Counted from the first letter of the stretch, positions 9,682-20,268 are shown. The stretch: DNA of 63,351 bases from an uncultured Neisseria sp. (GCA_964545465.1 CAZJFO010000001.1:1-63351); one strand, 5' to 3'. Numbers and translations are program-made. Notes: generated from the letters alone by a model not told the origin.

Positions 9682-10812
9682 ATGAGTAGGGTTTGTCATA
9701 TTACTTCGGCGCATCCACGCTATGATATTCGGATATTTGTTAAGGAGTGCATTACCCTTGCAAATGCAGGGCATAGTGTTAGTCTTATCGTTGCGGATGA
9801 TATGCCTGATGAAATTAAATTAGGAGTTAATATCTATAGTATTGGTAAGCCTACAACTAGATTTGTACGAATGCGTCACACCCCAAACAAAATTTATAAT
9901 AAAATCCTAGAGCTTAAGCCAGAATTTGTGCATTTTCATGACCCTGAGCTGCTGATAATGTGCCGTAAACTCATAAAACATGGTATCAAGGTAATTTATG
10001 ATGTACACGAAGATCTACCAAAACAAGTAATGAGTAAACACTGGATACCTAAATTTATTCGCCCAGTTGTATCAAAACTAGTCGAAAATATCGAAAAATA
10101 TTGTAGTAAGAAATTATTCGGAATAATTACAGCAACACCAATTATTGCTAAACGTTTTAGTAAGTATAATCCAAATACCATAACAGTATGTAATTACCCG
10201 ATATTATCAGAATTAAATCAAGTTAGTGCAGATTGGAGTTCAAGAGATAATAGTCTATGCTATATCGGTAGTATCTCCAAAACGAGGGGGATAATACCAA
10301 TAGTCGAATCATTAGCAACAAGTAATCTCAAACTAGAATTAGCTGGAGCTTTTAGTGGGGATATTACCCTCGAAAATCTAATGAAGCTAAAAGGTCATGA
10401 AAAAGTAGATTATTTAGGGATAATAAATCGTAGCGAGATTGTGAAATTACTGTCTCGAGTTAAAGTAGGTCTAGTTACCTTATTACCAACTCCTAGCTAT
10501 GTTGAGTCACTACCAATTAAAATGTTTGAGTATATGGTATCTGGAATACCTGTTATAGCTTCTGATTTTCCACTCTGGCGTGGAATTATCAATAAATATC
10601 AATGTGGTGTTTTGGTGAATCCTGAGGATGGTTGCGAGATTGCTGATGCTTGTGTGAGATTGATTAATAATCCAGACGAGGCAGATGCGATGGGGCAAAG
10701 AGGGCGAGAGGCTGTTTTAGGTGAATTTAATTGGGAAAAAGAGAGTGGTAAACTAGTGGAAATATATGGCGGAATAGGGCAAGAGCATGGATTCCAGACT
10801 TCGCTGGAATGA
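9682..10812 (+). CDS. Glycosyltransferase family 4
   Basis: HITSAHPRYDIRIFVKEC, HFHDPEL, YDVHED, PIKMFEYMVSGIPVIASDF. The last ~12 codons and the stop lie inside repeat cluster 4. Confidence 0.9.
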   Translation: MSRVCHITSAHPRYDIRIFVKECITLANAGHSVSLIVADDMPDEIKLGVNIYSIGKPTTRFVRMRHTPNKIYNKILELKPEFVHFHDPELLIMCRKLIKHGIKVIYDVHEDLPKQVMSKHWIPKFIRPVVSKLVENIEKYCSKKLFGIITATPIIAKRFSKYNPNTITVCNYPILSELNQVSADWSSRDNSLCYIGSISKTRGIIPIVESLATSNLKLELAGAFSGDITLENLMKLKGHEKVDYLGIINRSEIVKLLSRVKVGLVTLLPTPSYVESLPIKMFEYMVSGIPVIASDFPLWRGIINKYQCGVLVNPEDGCEIADACVRLINNPDEADAMGQRGREAVLGEFNWEKESGKLVEIYGGIGQEHGFQTSLE

Positions 10813-10856
10813 CGGAGAAGATGTCGCTTCGTCACGAATTTGGAATCTATGCTCTA
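10775..10856. repeat. REP/dRS3-like palindrome cluster 4 (variant)
   Basis: TAGGGCAAGAGCATGGATTCCAGACTTCGCTGGAATGAC followed by TTCGTCACGAATTTGGAATCTATGCTCTA, matching the ends of clusters 1 and 3. Confidence 0.85.
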
Positions 10857-10884
10857 ATATGCCTAACCACCTGTAAACACGTTG

Positions 10885-10893
10885 TGCTATAAT
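10885..10893 (+). promoter_or_regulatory. Extended -10 sigma70 promoter element upstream of the yebC operon
   Basis: TGCTATAAT (TGn-TATAAT) about 60 bp upstream of the yebC ATG. Confidence 0.45.
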
Positions 10894-10954
10894 GGCATAT
10901 TATAGTATATTGCCACTAATATAAGTGGAGCGTTTTTTGAGGTTTATTAGAAGC

Positions 10955-11686
10955 ATGGCTGGTCATAGTAAATGGGCAAATATTAAGCATCGCAAAGCTG
11001 CCGCAGATGCTAAAAAAAGTAAAATTACAACACGCATGGTTAAAGAGATTACTATTGCTGCAAAAATGGGTGGAGGGGATGTCGCTTCAAACCCACGCCT
11101 ACGCCTAGCAATGGAAAAAGCACGTGAAAATAACGTACCTAAAGATAATGTAGAACGTGCAATCAAACGCGGAACTGGTGAACTAGAAGGTGTTAGTTAT
11201 GAAGAGCTTCGATTTGAAGGTTACGGAATTAATGGTGCTGGAATTATTGTTGATTGCTTGACAGATAATAAAGTTAGAACTGTTGCTGAAGTAAGGCATG
11301 CTTTTACCAAACATGGTGGTAATTTAGGAACTGATGGCTGTGTATCATTTCAGTTTAAACACTGTGGTCAACTTATTTTTGCTCCAGGAGTTGATGAGGA
11401 TGCTATTATGGAAGCAGCTCTTGAGTCTGGTGCTGATGACGTAATTAGTGGGGATGATGGTTCATTTGAAGTTATTACACCCCCAAATGATTTTATTGAA
11501 GTTAAGAATGCTCTTGAATCGCGTGGGTTTAAGTCTGAGGTTGCTGAGGTGGTAATGAAAGCCGAAAATGAAACAGAGTTATCAGGAGACGATGCCCTAA
11601 AAATGCAAAAGCTATTAGATGCTTTTGATGAATTAGATGATGTTCAAGATGTTTATACCAATGTGGTTTTAGATATAGAAGAGTAG
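10955..11686 (+). CDS. yebC: YebC/PmpR family protein
   Basis: [14 protein letters not shown] start (ATG 10955), [20 protein letters not shown]. Confidence 0.96.
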   Translation: MAGHSKWANIKHRKAAADAKKSKITTRMVKEITIAAKMGGGDVASNPRLRLAMEKARENNVPKDNVERAIKRGTGELEGVSYEELRFEGYGINGAGIIVDCLTDNKVRTVAEVRHAFTKHGGNLGTDGCVSFQFKHCGQLIFAPGVDEDAIMEAALESGADDVISGDDGSFEVITPPNDFIEVKNALESRGFKSEVAEVVMKAENETELSGDDALKMQKLLDAFDELDDVQDVYTNVVLDIEE

Positions 11687-11690
11687 TAAA

Positions 11691-12578
11691 ATGGCAAAAA
11701 GTTTTGTCCGTAAGTTTATATTTGATAAGCTGCCTATTCGTGGGGCATATGTAGAATTAACTGATACTTGGCATACTATAGCAGCTCAAAAAGAATACCC
11801 AGATGGTATTAGGCAGCTTTTAGGAGAAATGTTGGTATCAAATGTTCTATTGACTACAAATATAAAACTTGAAGGTAAAATTATTGCCCAAATTCAAGGT
11901 AATCCTAAGCTTGATTTATTGGTAAGTGAATGTACAAATGCTTTGACGGTTAGAGCAACAGCTAAATTTTCTGAGGCTATTCATCAAGATAATCAGATAA
12001 GCTATAGCCATTGTATCAAAGCAGGTACTCTAGTAATTAGTATCGATTCAAATAATGATGGAAAGCTCTACCAAAGTGTAGTAAGTCTCAATGGTCATAA
12101 TATAGAAGAAATACTAACTGATTATATGATCCAATCAGAGCAGTTGCGTACTATATTTGTAATTGCATATTCACCTAAAAAAGTGGTTGGATTTATGATT
12201 CAACAATTGCCAGATATAGATAAAAAAATGGAAGATGATATAGAACGTGTGTTTTTCTTGGCTGAAACATTAAAACATAATGAATTGATTACGAATGAAA
12301 TAAATGTAATATTAAGTCGTTTATTTGGTGAAGATGATGTAATTCTTTATGAGCCACAAGAGATTCAATTTAGTTGCACGTGTAGCCGTGAGCGAGTGTC
12401 AAATATGCTAAGAAGTTTAGGCAAAGAAGAGGCTTTAAGTATAATAGCCGATGAAGAATTAATTAACGTTACTTGTGATTTTTGTAATACTGTATATTCA
12501 TTTGATAGTCAAAATGTAGAAGATATGTTCAAAACATTATGCATTGATATCGAATGTGTGTCACAGGAAGTGCACTAA
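11691..12578 (+). CDS. hslO: Hsp33 redox-regulated chaperone
   Basis: QSEQL motif; C-terminal zinc ligands CTCSRER...CDFC. Confidence 0.93.
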   Translation: MAKSFVRKFIFDKLPIRGAYVELTDTWHTIAAQKEYPDGIRQLLGEMLVSNVLLTTNIKLEGKIIAQIQGNPKLDLLVSECTNALTVRATAKFSEAIHQDNQISYSHCIKAGTLVISIDSNNDGKLYQSVVSLNGHNIEEILTDYMIQSEQLRTIFVIAYSPKKVVGFMIQQLPDIDKKMEDDIERVFFLAETLKHNELITNEINVILSRLFGEDDVILYEPQEIQFSCTCSRERVSNMLRSLGKEEALSIIADEELINVTCDFCNTVYSFDSQNVEDMFKTLCIDIECVSQEVH

Positions 12579-12587
12579 AGGAAAAAT

Positions 12588-13934
12588 ATGTCAAGCTCCA
12601 AACCAACAATAGCATTAGTGGGTCGACCTAATGTTGGTAAATCTACTCTATTTAATCGTTTAACCAAAAGCCGTGATGCACTTGTGGCTGATATGCCAGG
12701 TCTTACACGGGACCGCCATTATGGGGCTGCCAATCAAGGTAAGCGCCATTATCTATTGATTGATACTGGTGGCTTTGAGCCGCTTATTGATAGTGGGATT
12801 ATGTATCAAATGGCACGCCAAACTGAACAAGCAATGGCTGAATCTGATGCAGTTGTATTCTTGGTAGACGGTAAGGGTGGAATTACTCCACAAGATAAAG
12901 TAATTGCTAACAAATTGCGTATGCTTGATAAACCAATGTATATCGCAATTAATAAGGTTGAAGGCGTAGACAAAGCTATTGCGATAAGTGATTTTTATGA
13001 GTTAGGTCTTTCAAATCTGTACCCAATTTCATCTAGCCATGGTGAAGGTGTGTTTGATTTGATACATCAAGTTTTAAGCAATTTTCCAGTTAGTACCGAA
13101 GAAGATACTGAAGAGGGTATAACTTTTGCTGTTGTTGGGCGTCCCAATGTTGGTAAATCTACTTTAGTTAATGCTATGCTTGGTGAAGACAGAGTAATTG
13201 CATTTGACGAATCAGGAACAACACGAGATAGTATAAACATCTCTTTTGAGAAATATGGGCAACAATATACCATAATAGATACTGCGGGTATCCGTCGTAA
13301 GGGTAAGGTTGAAGATAAGATTGAAAAGTTTTCAGTATTAAAAGCAATACAGGCAATTAGTGATGCTAATGTGGTGGTGCTGGTTTTGGATGCGCAACTA
13401 GATATTGCAGAACAAGATGCAACTATCGTGGGTTATGCTCTTGAGGCTGGTAAATCAATTGTAGTTGTTATCAATAAATGGGATAATCTAAACGAAGAAC
13501 AAAGAGAAACTGTAAAAGCTGATATGAAACGCAAGCTACAGTTTTTGGATTTTGCACAGTTTAATTATATTTCAGCCTTACATAAAAAAGGTATTGGTGA
13601 AGTTTTTAAATCAATCAATCAAGCTTATACTTCAGCTTTTATGAAGTTGCCAACTCCAAAATTAACCCGTATTTTACAAGAGGCGATTAGTCGCCAACCG
13701 CCAGTATATAAAGGGCAGTTTAGACCAAAAATGCGTTATGCACATCAAGGGGGTATGAATCCACCAACTATTATTATTCATGGTAATAGCTTAGAGAATG
13801 TTGCTAAATCGTATACTAAGTATCTTGAGCGTTCTTTTAGAAAAGTATTTGACCTAATTGGTACGCCACTTAGGATCGATTATAAAACTAGCGAAAACCC
13901 ATTTGAGGGTAGAGCTAAAAAAGTAGAGAGATAA
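12588..13934 (+). CDS. der: Ribosome biogenesis GTPase Der/EngA
   Basis: Two GRPNVGKS P-loops, DTGG/DTAG, NKWD, C-terminal KH-like domain with GTPLRI. Confidence 0.97.
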   Translation: MSSSKPTIALVGRPNVGKSTLFNRLTKSRDALVADMPGLTRDRHYGAANQGKRHYLLIDTGGFEPLIDSGIMYQMARQTEQAMAESDAVVFLVDGKGGITPQDKVIANKLRMLDKPMYIAINKVEGVDKAIAISDFYELGLSNLYPISSSHGEGVFDLIHQVLSNFPVSTEEDTEEGITFAVVGRPNVGKSTLVNAMLGEDRVIAFDESGTTRDSINISFEKYGQQYTIIDTAGIRRKGKVEDKIEKFSVLKAIQAISDANVVVLVLDAQLDIAEQDATIVGYALEAGKSIVVVINKWDNLNEEQRETVKADMKRKLQFLDFAQFNYISALHKKGIGEVFKSINQAYTSAFMKLPTPKLTRILQEAISRQPPVYKGQFRPKMRYAHQGGMNPPTIIIHGNSLENVAKSYTKYLERSFRKVFDLIGTPLRIDYKTSENPFEGRAKKVER

Positions 13935-13940
13935 GGGATT

Positions 13941-14174
13941 ATGAATAAACAAAATCTTCAAGACCATTATTTAGAGCAACTACAACATCAAGAGGTTTTG
14001 GTATCAATATACCTAATTAATGGTATAAAGTTATCAGGTGTAGTAGCATCTTTTGATCAATACGTAGTATTACTAAAAGATAATAAAAGTACTATGGATC
14101 AATTAATTTATAAGCATGCAATTTCAACAATTGTTCCTAGCAAGACCAATATTAATATAACGATTGGTGAATAA
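13941..14174 (+). CDS. hfq: RNA chaperone Hfq
   Basis: LQD...[13 protein letters not shown]...FDQYVVLL...[13 protein letters not shown]. Confidence 0.96.
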   Translation: MNKQNLQDHYLEQLQHQEVLVSIYLINGIKLSGVVASFDQYVVLLKDNKSTMDQLIYKHAISTIVPSKTNINITIGE

Positions 14175-15307
14175 ATATTCAAACTAAAATAATTTTAGTA
14201 TGTGTAAACCTAAAGCAAGACAAAGACTTTGACGAGTTGGTTTTAGAGGGTACGGCTTTAGTCGAATCAGCAGGGTACACTATTTGTGAGACTATGAATC
14301 TTAATCGAAAAACGCTTGATAGTCGTTTATTTATTGGTAGTGGTAAAGCAGAAGAACTAAAAACCTTGCGAGAAATGACTGAGGCTAAAGTAATTGTTAT
14401 TAATCATAATTTAAGCTCAGTGCAAGAGCGTAATCTTGAAGTTATGATGGGTGTTCCAGTTATTGATCGTACCCGCTTAATATTAGATATATTTGCATCT
14501 AGAGTTAAAGGTAAAGAGGGTATTATACAAGTAGAACTTGCAGTACAAACGCATCAGTTGTCACGGCTGGTTCGCCGTTGGAGTCATTTGGAGCGGCAAA
14601 GAGGTGGTATTGGGGTTCGTGGAGGCCCTGGGGAGACTCAGATAGAATTAGATAAACGGATGATTGCTAAACGAATAGAATCCTTGAAGCTTGATTTGGT
14701 GTCTGCAGTTAAACAACGGGTTACTCAAAGAAAATCACGGTTAAAAAGAGATGTTTTTTCTATATCAATTGTTGGATATACTAATGCTGGGAAATCAACC
14801 TTGTTTAATGCTCTAACCAAGTCAAAAGTATATGCAGAAGATAGATTATTTGCAACACTTGAGACTACCTCGCGGAAACTTTTTATTGAAGCTCAAGGTG
14901 AGTTGGTTATCTCAGATACTGTGGGTTTTATTCGTGATTTGCCACATACACTGGTAGCAGCGTTTAGAGCAACACTAGAAGAGACGGTGCATGCTAATTT
15001 ATTAATTCATGTAGTAGATGTATCTCATGCTATAAAAGAACGTCAGATTGAAGATGTTAATGTGGTTTTAAAAGAAATTAAAGCTAATAAAATACCAGAA
15101 CTTTTAGTTTATAATAAAATTGATCTTAAGCGTGGGATGAAACCACGGATAGAGTATGCAAGTAGTGGTGAACCAATTGCAGTATATTTAAGTGCCGCTC
15201 AAATGAAAGGTCTTAATTTATTAAGTGAAGCGATTACCCAAAAAAAATTATGGATACAACAACAAAGTGAAATACAGGATGCCCCATATGAACCGTGGAA
15301 AAACTAA
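14171..15307 (+). CDS. hflX: GTPase HflX (start uncertain: ATA 14171, ATT 14177 or TTG 14237)
   Basis: [48 protein letters not shown]. The frame stays open for 22 HflX-like codons upstream of 14237. Confidence 0.93.
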   Translation: MNIQTKIILVCVNLKQDKDFDELVLEGTALVESAGYTICETMNLNRKTLDSRLFIGSGKAEELKTLREMTEAKVIVINHNLSSVQERNLEVMMGVPVIDRTRLILDIFASRVKGKEGIIQVELAVQTHQLSRLVRRWSHLERQRGGIGVRGGPGETQIELDKRMIAKRIESLKLDLVSAVKQRVTQRKSRLKRDVFSISIVGYTNAGKSTLFNALTKSKVYAEDRLFATLETTSRKLFIEAQGELVISDTVGFIRDLPHTLVAAFRATLEETVHANLLIHVVDVSHAIKERQIEDVNVVLKEIKANKIPELLVYNKIDLKRGMKPRIEYASSGEPIAVYLSAAQMKGLNLLSEAITQKKLWIQQQSEIQDAPYEPWKN

Positions 15308-16352
15308 TCCCAAAACACTAACAGGTGTTGATAGAGTTGTGGAACAGCTTAATCAAAAAATTGCACGTATGCTTGGTAAAAATGGTGGACATAAAAAACC
15401 ATCACCTAAAAAGACTACGAATTTTACTTTTAGTATAGTAATTTTTTGCTGTTCTTTAATACTATGGATTACAACTGGGGTTTATTATTTGAGTGAAAAT
15501 CAGTTTGGAATTATATTAAAATTTGGTGAGATTGTTCGTGTAGAAAAAGGTATTAAGGTTGGCTTTACAGCACCATACCCATTTGGGGGTGTTGAAGTAT
15601 TGAGTTCTGATATTAGTCAGCTTATCGATTTTTCTAATTTACCTCAAACTACTCCAACTTTTTTAAGTCGCGATTTGGGATTGGTTAATGTTGATGGTAA
15701 ATTTAATTATCAGATTTACGACCCAAGCTTATTATTTCAAAATATACTACAAAAGCAAACTAATATGGATACATATGTAAGTATATTGGTGCAAAATGAA
15801 TTGCGTGATTATTTCAGTAAAAAATTAAAAAGTGATATTTTAAAAGAAAACTTAACCATTGCCGCTGGTGAAATTAGAGACAATGTAAATCAGAAAATGT
15901 CAGGTTATGGTATAAAGATAATTAAGTTAAATATTAGTTCACTTGAAGATTATCAATCTAAATCAGGGGGTAATATCTTATCAAATACTACCGAATCTGT
16001 ATCATTAGTTGATAGATTACTTCAAAGTGCAAATGAATATCATCAAAATACTATTAGTGAAACCAAAACTCAAATAGCAGAGTTCAGAGATTTACTGCCA
16101 GAGTATCAACGAAATCCTGAGAGCGTAGTAGAAAGATTGTATTTTGAAACTAAAAATGCCATTCCTTCAAATTATTCGTATCCGCTACTAAATATGAATT
16201 TAGAAGAGTTAATAATGTTGTATAATCTACATGGTAAAGTAGCTCCTGTATCAAATAGAGAGCGTCATTTTGATAGATCTGTTAACCGTAATCGAAATAC
16301 TAGCGTTGTTGAGGATTACTTAGTAGAACAATCAAATGGAGAACAAAAATAA
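15288..16352 (+). CDS. hflK: Divergent HflK-like SPFH/band-7 membrane protein (start uncertain)
   Basis: Position after hflX; one TM segment followed by GIILKFG; C-terminal LLPEYQRNPESVVERLYFET resembles the HflK tail. Confidence 0.75.
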   Translation: MNRGKTNPKTLTGVDRVVEQLNQKIARMLGKNGGHKKPSPKKTTNFTFSIVIFCCSLILWITTGVYYLSENQFGIILKFGEIVRVEKGIKVGFTAPYPFGGVEVLSSDISQLIDFSNLPQTTPTFLSRDLGLVNVDGKFNYQIYDPSLLFQNILQKQTNMDTYVSILVQNELRDYFSKKLKSDILKENLTIAAGEIRDNVNQKMSGYGIKIIKLNISSLEDYQSKSGGNILSNTTESVSLVDRLLQSANEYHQNTISETKTQIAEFRDLLPEYQRNPESVVERLYFETKNAIPSNYSYPLLNMNLEELIMLYNLHGKVAPVSNRERHFDRSVNRNRNTSVVEDYLVEQSNGEQK

Positions 16353-17080
16353 TGCCTACTAATTATGTTAAGAAAATTGTGGTTTTAGGTTTACTTGCGA
16401 TTATTATATTAACTTTAGGTACTATTAGTATTGATAAACGCGAAAATGTAGTTATTACTAATATATTTACTAAAAAAAATTCGCTATTAACTCCTGGACT
16501 ACACTTTACATGGCCAGTATTTGAGCGAGTTACTTATATATTTATGAATAAACGCGAAGGATTATTCACACTAAATCTTCCTTTTAACGATGCTACTAAA
16601 GCTGAAATAAGTGTAGCCATACAATGGCAAGTAATTAACCCAGAAACATATCTGGCACTAAACAAAAACTTTCATAAGATATTAACTAATAAAGTGACTG
16701 ATGTTTTAAAGTCCCGTATGAAAACCACTGATTTAGCTACATTTAATCAATTAAATAATTTAATTAGTGAACCACTTATGGAGAATGACCTAGGAATAGA
16801 AATTATAAGCATTTCACTTAATCAATTAAAAATAGAGTCTAGTAGTCTAAAAGCTCTAGCTCCAACTGTAGTAGTTTCTAAGTCTAAGATATCAATTGAG
16901 TCAGCATACTATCAAGCACAAATGTTAAAATTAAATACCGATCTTGAACAAGCAAAAATGTATCAATCGCTTAGTAATGTCGAATCTAGCTTTTATAGAT
17001 TTTTTCGAAAATTACAAGTTTATAAAATGAATGCAAGATCAAGTAATGATCTTCCACCAGTTGATAATTTATATAAGTGA
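16352..17080 (+). CDS. hflC: Divergent, shortened HflC-like SPFH protein
   Basis: N-terminal TM, PGLHFTWP, LGIEII, FYRFFRKLQVY (compare HflC FYxFxRSLxAY); position after hflK. Confidence 0.7.
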   Translation: MPTNYVKKIVVLGLLAIIILTLGTISIDKRENVVITNIFTKKNSLLTPGLHFTWPVFERVTYIFMNKREGLFTLNLPFNDATKAEISVAIQWQVINPETYLALNKNFHKILTNKVTDVLKSRMKTTDLATFNQLNNLISEPLMENDLGIEIISISLNQLKIESSSLKALAPTVVVSKSKISIESAYYQAQMLKLNTDLEQAKMYQSLSNVESSFYRFFRKLQVYKMNARSSNDLPPVDNLYK

Positions 17081-17100
17081 CAAGTTTTAAAAGCTAAATT

Positions 17101-20100
17101 ATGTATTTAAAAGCTTTATTGCGACGCCCAATTTTGGCAACAGTAATTTCATTGATTATTACTTTATGTGGCGCAGTTGCTCTATTTAATCTACCTGTTA
17201 GCCAATTTCCGAATATTTCACCACCTTCAATCCAGATTAATGCTTCCTACCCAGGAGCTAATGCTGAGACAGCGGCACGTGTTGTTGCGGCTCAAATTGA
17301 AAATCAATTAAATGGAGTTTCAGGGCTAACTTATATGGCTACTTCAACCTCATCAATTGGTAGCGTTAATATTACTCTTACTTATGATGTGGGTACTGAT
17401 TTAAATTATGCAATTAATGAAGTATTAAACCGTCTGTATGCGGCTATGCCTCTTTTGCCAAGCGTGGTGCAGCAAATAGGTGTTACTGCAAGGAAAAGCT
17501 CTCCAGATATGTTACTTTTAGCATCGTTTTATGCTGATCCATATCTTGATCCTAAATTTGTTAGTAATTATCTACAACGTACGGTTGAAAATGATTTATT
17601 ACTTATTCCCTCAGTTGGAACTATTAATGTTTTTGGTAGTGGTTCATATGCGATTAGAATTTGGCTAGATCCAAATAAAATGCAGCGTTATGGTGTTACT
17701 GTTGCTGATTTACAAAATGTAATTAAAGATCAGAATGTAGAGAATTTTGTCGGACGAGCCAATGGAACTCCTGGATCAAAGGGAAATAGTTTGGTACTCA
17801 ATCTTAAGGGTAATGAGATGTATAGTACCCCTGAGCAGTTTGCTAATATGGTTATTTTAAATAATAACGACCAGACTGTTAGTATAAAGGATGTGGCGCG
17901 TGTTGAACTGGGGTCAATTTCCTATACTACTATAGCTGAAGTGAATTTTAGAGATAAAAAAGGTAAATTTAACCACTATCCATGTAATGTAATGCAAATA
18001 TTTTTGCAACCTGGTGCTAATCAACTTGAAGCCAAAAAACAAATTCTTGATAGACTAAATCAAGATGCATTAAGTTTCCCTAAAGGGCTATCTTATCGTA
18101 TAACAGTTGATAACTCAAAATTTGTAGCAGCATCTGTCAAGAATGTACAAGACACTCTTTTAATTGCGTTTGCCCTAGTTGGAATAATTATATTCTTATT
18201 TTTACAAAACTGGCGGGCAAGTATTATTGCCATTTGTTCAATACCTGTATCTATTATAGGTACTATGGCATGTCTATATATGTTTAATTTTAGCCTTAAT
18301 ACGCTTAGTCTTTTTGCAATGGTTTTAGCTATTGGAATTGTAGTTGACGATGCTATTGTGATTGTAGAAAATATAGAGCGCTTAAGACATGAAAACCCAA
18401 CTCTACCGTTGATAAAAGTTGTTGCTATGACATTAGAGGAAGTGTTTGGTGCTGTTCTTGCTATTGTTTTGGTATTAAGTGTAGTATTTATCCCAGCCAT
18501 GGGGCTAAAAGGTCTAAGTGGTAGTATGTATCAGCAATTCGCGGTTACTATTGCCTGTGCTGTGGTTTTATCGGGGATTTGTGCACTTACTTTTACCCCA
18601 GCTATAAGCACTTTGATTTTAAAAAACGTAACTCATAAAGTGAAACATAATAACTGGTTTGATCGTGGATTTGAAAAAGTAACTGATTTGTATGTGATGA
18701 TTGCTACATTTTTTGTGCGTCATACTAAACTTGCTTTTAGTTTATGGATATTATTATTTGTTATGACAATTGGTTTATTCAAATTAGTGCCTAGGGCATT
18801 TGTACCAAATGAAGACCAAGGGCTAATTTTTGTAACGATTAACCTACCATCTTCCTCAGGTCTTAACGAAACTAATGCTAAAGTTCATGGGATTATTGAG
18901 AGGTTAACTAAAAACCCTGCGATTGACTCGGTTATTAGCGTTGCTGGTTTTGATTTCCTTGATTCGGGCAATCAAAAAACCTATGCAGCTTCATTCTTTA
19001 TAAGTCTTATTGATTGGGATAAACGCCATGGTAAGGGGAGTGATGCGGATAGTATAATAAAAACTCTAAATATACTAGGTATGAATAATTTAAGTATGTC
19101 AGTTCGAGCTTTTAATCAACCTACTATAAGGGGTTTAAGTACAACTGGTGGTATCGAGTTTTATCTTGAAGACCGAGTTAATGGTGATACCCATAAGCTA
19201 CAAGAGGTTGGGCAAAATCTTATCGAAAGACTAAAAAAACATAAAGAAGTTGGTGGGGCATTTCAGACCTTGGATACTAATGTTATGGAAATGTCTATTC
19301 TACCTGATTTTGCAATGGCAACATTTTATGGGGTTGATCTAAATAATTTATATAGTGCAATTCAAACTATTTATAGTAATAATAACGTGAATTATGCCTA
19401 CATTATGCAAGGTCTAGTATGGGTGGTTATGGAGGCAGATTATCCATTTAGAATAAGTGTTGATAATTTACGTAATGTATATGTAAAGGGGTCCAGCACT
19501 GCAGCCTCTAACCATTTTGGTAATAGTAGTATGATTCCTGTTACTAGTGTTGTAAAAGTAAATAATACTCACGATGCTCAAGTGCTTCAGCGTTTTAATG
19601 GCTATATGGCAACCAAAATTACAGCGACACCATCTCCAGGGCACTCATTTGGAGAAGTGATGAAAGTGATAGTTGATGAAGTAGTAAGTATTCCAAAAGC
19701 TTATAACTATAATTGGTTTGGCACAAGTTATCAGTTGACTCTATCACAAAAAACCTCAGTATTTGCCTTTATGTTTTCAATTGTAATGATATATCTTGTA
19801 TTGGCAGCTTTATATGAAATGTGGCGCTTACCGTTTGTGGTAATGATGGGGATTCCATTTTCTTTGTTTGGAGCTGCTTTAATATTGTTCTTCACTGGTA
19901 AACAAAATGATTTATACTTCCAGATTAGTTTACTGGCCTTACTGGGGTTATCCGCCAAAAATATAATTTTATTGGTAGAGTTTTCATTACAGTATTTTAG
20001 AGCTGGTAATTCGGTGGAAGAAAGTGCCATATACGCTTTGAAACAAAGATTTAGACCAATTGTAATGACATCAATGTGTTTTATTTTTGGAACATTACCG

Positions 20101-20268
20101 CTAGCTTTTGCAACAGGAGCAGGAGCAAATGCCCAACATTCAGTTGGTATTGGTATTATTGGTGGTATTTTGGGTTCGGTATTTTTATCAAGTTTGTTAA
20201 CTCCAGCGTTTTTTGTGATGATTATGCGAAATTATAAGCATAAGGAGAATAGAAATGATATACATTAA
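17101..20268 (+). CDS. RND (HAE1/AcrB-like) efflux permease 1
   Basis: RRPILATVIS, LPVSQFP, GIVVDDAIVIVEN, GLSAKN, RFRPIVMTS. Confidence 0.95.
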   Translation: MYLKALLRRPILATVISLIITLCGAVALFNLPVSQFPNISPPSIQINASYPGANAETAARVVAAQIENQLNGVSGLTYMATSTSSIGSVNITLTYDVGTDLNYAINEVLNRLYAAMPLLPSVVQQIGVTARKSSPDMLLLASFYADPYLDPKFVSNYLQRTVENDLLLIPSVGTINVFGSGSYAIRIWLDPNKMQRYGVTVADLQNVIKDQNVENFVGRANGTPGSKGNSLVLNLKGNEMYSTPEQFANMVILNNNDQTVSIKDVARVELGSISYTTIAEVNFRDKKGKFNHYPCNVMQIFLQPGANQLEAKKQILDRLNQDALSFPKGLSYRITVDNSKFVAASVKNVQDTLLIAFALVGIIIFLFLQNWRASIIAICSIPVSIIGTMACLYMFNFSLNTLSLFAMVLAIGIVVDDAIVIVENIERLRHENPTLPLIKVVAMTLEEVFGAVLAIVLVLSVVFIPAMGLKGLSGSMYQQFAVTIACAVVLSGICALTFTPAISTLILKNVTHKVKHNNWFDRGFEKVTDLYVMIATFFVRHTKLAFSLWILLFVMTIGLFKLVPRAFVPNEDQGLIFVTINLPSSSGLNETNAKVHGIIERLTKNPAIDSVISVAGFDFLDSGNQKTYAASFFISLIDWDKRHGKGSDADSIIKTLNILGMNNLSMSVRAFNQPTIRGLSTTGGIEFYLEDRVNGDTHKLQEVGQNLIERLKKHKEVGGAFQTLDTNVMEMSILPDFAMATFYGVDLNNLYSAIQTIYSNNNVNYAYIMQGLVWVVMEADYPFRISVDNLRNVYVKGSSTAASNHFGNSSMIPVTSVVKVNNTHDAQVLQRFNGYMATKITATPSPGHSFGEVMKVIVDEVVSIPKAYNYNWFGTSYQLTLSQKTSVFAFMFSIVMIYLVLAALYEMWRLPFVVMMGIPFSLFGAALILFFTGKQNDLYFQISLLALLGLSAKNIILLVEFSLQYFRAGNSVEESAIYALKQRFRPIVMTSMCFIFGTLPLAFATGAGANAQHSVGIGIIGGILGSVFLSSLLTPAFFVMIMRNYKHKENRNDIH

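Noticed and set aside
9374-9685. ORFs 9374..9685 (+), 9477..9659 (-) and 7866..8087 (-)
   Set aside because: They are translations of the repeat clusters (WIPACAGMT, RHPSAGWDP), not credible proteins.
7547-10856. CRISPR array interpretation of the GCTGGGATGAC tandem units
   Set aside because: The constant part is only ~11 nt, the variable parts are ~10 nt and sometimes identical, arrays have 2-4 units, and there are no cas genes.
7230-10856. Classical integron
   Set aside because: No tyrosine integrase, and the repeats lack attC RYYYAAC/GTTRRRY ends.
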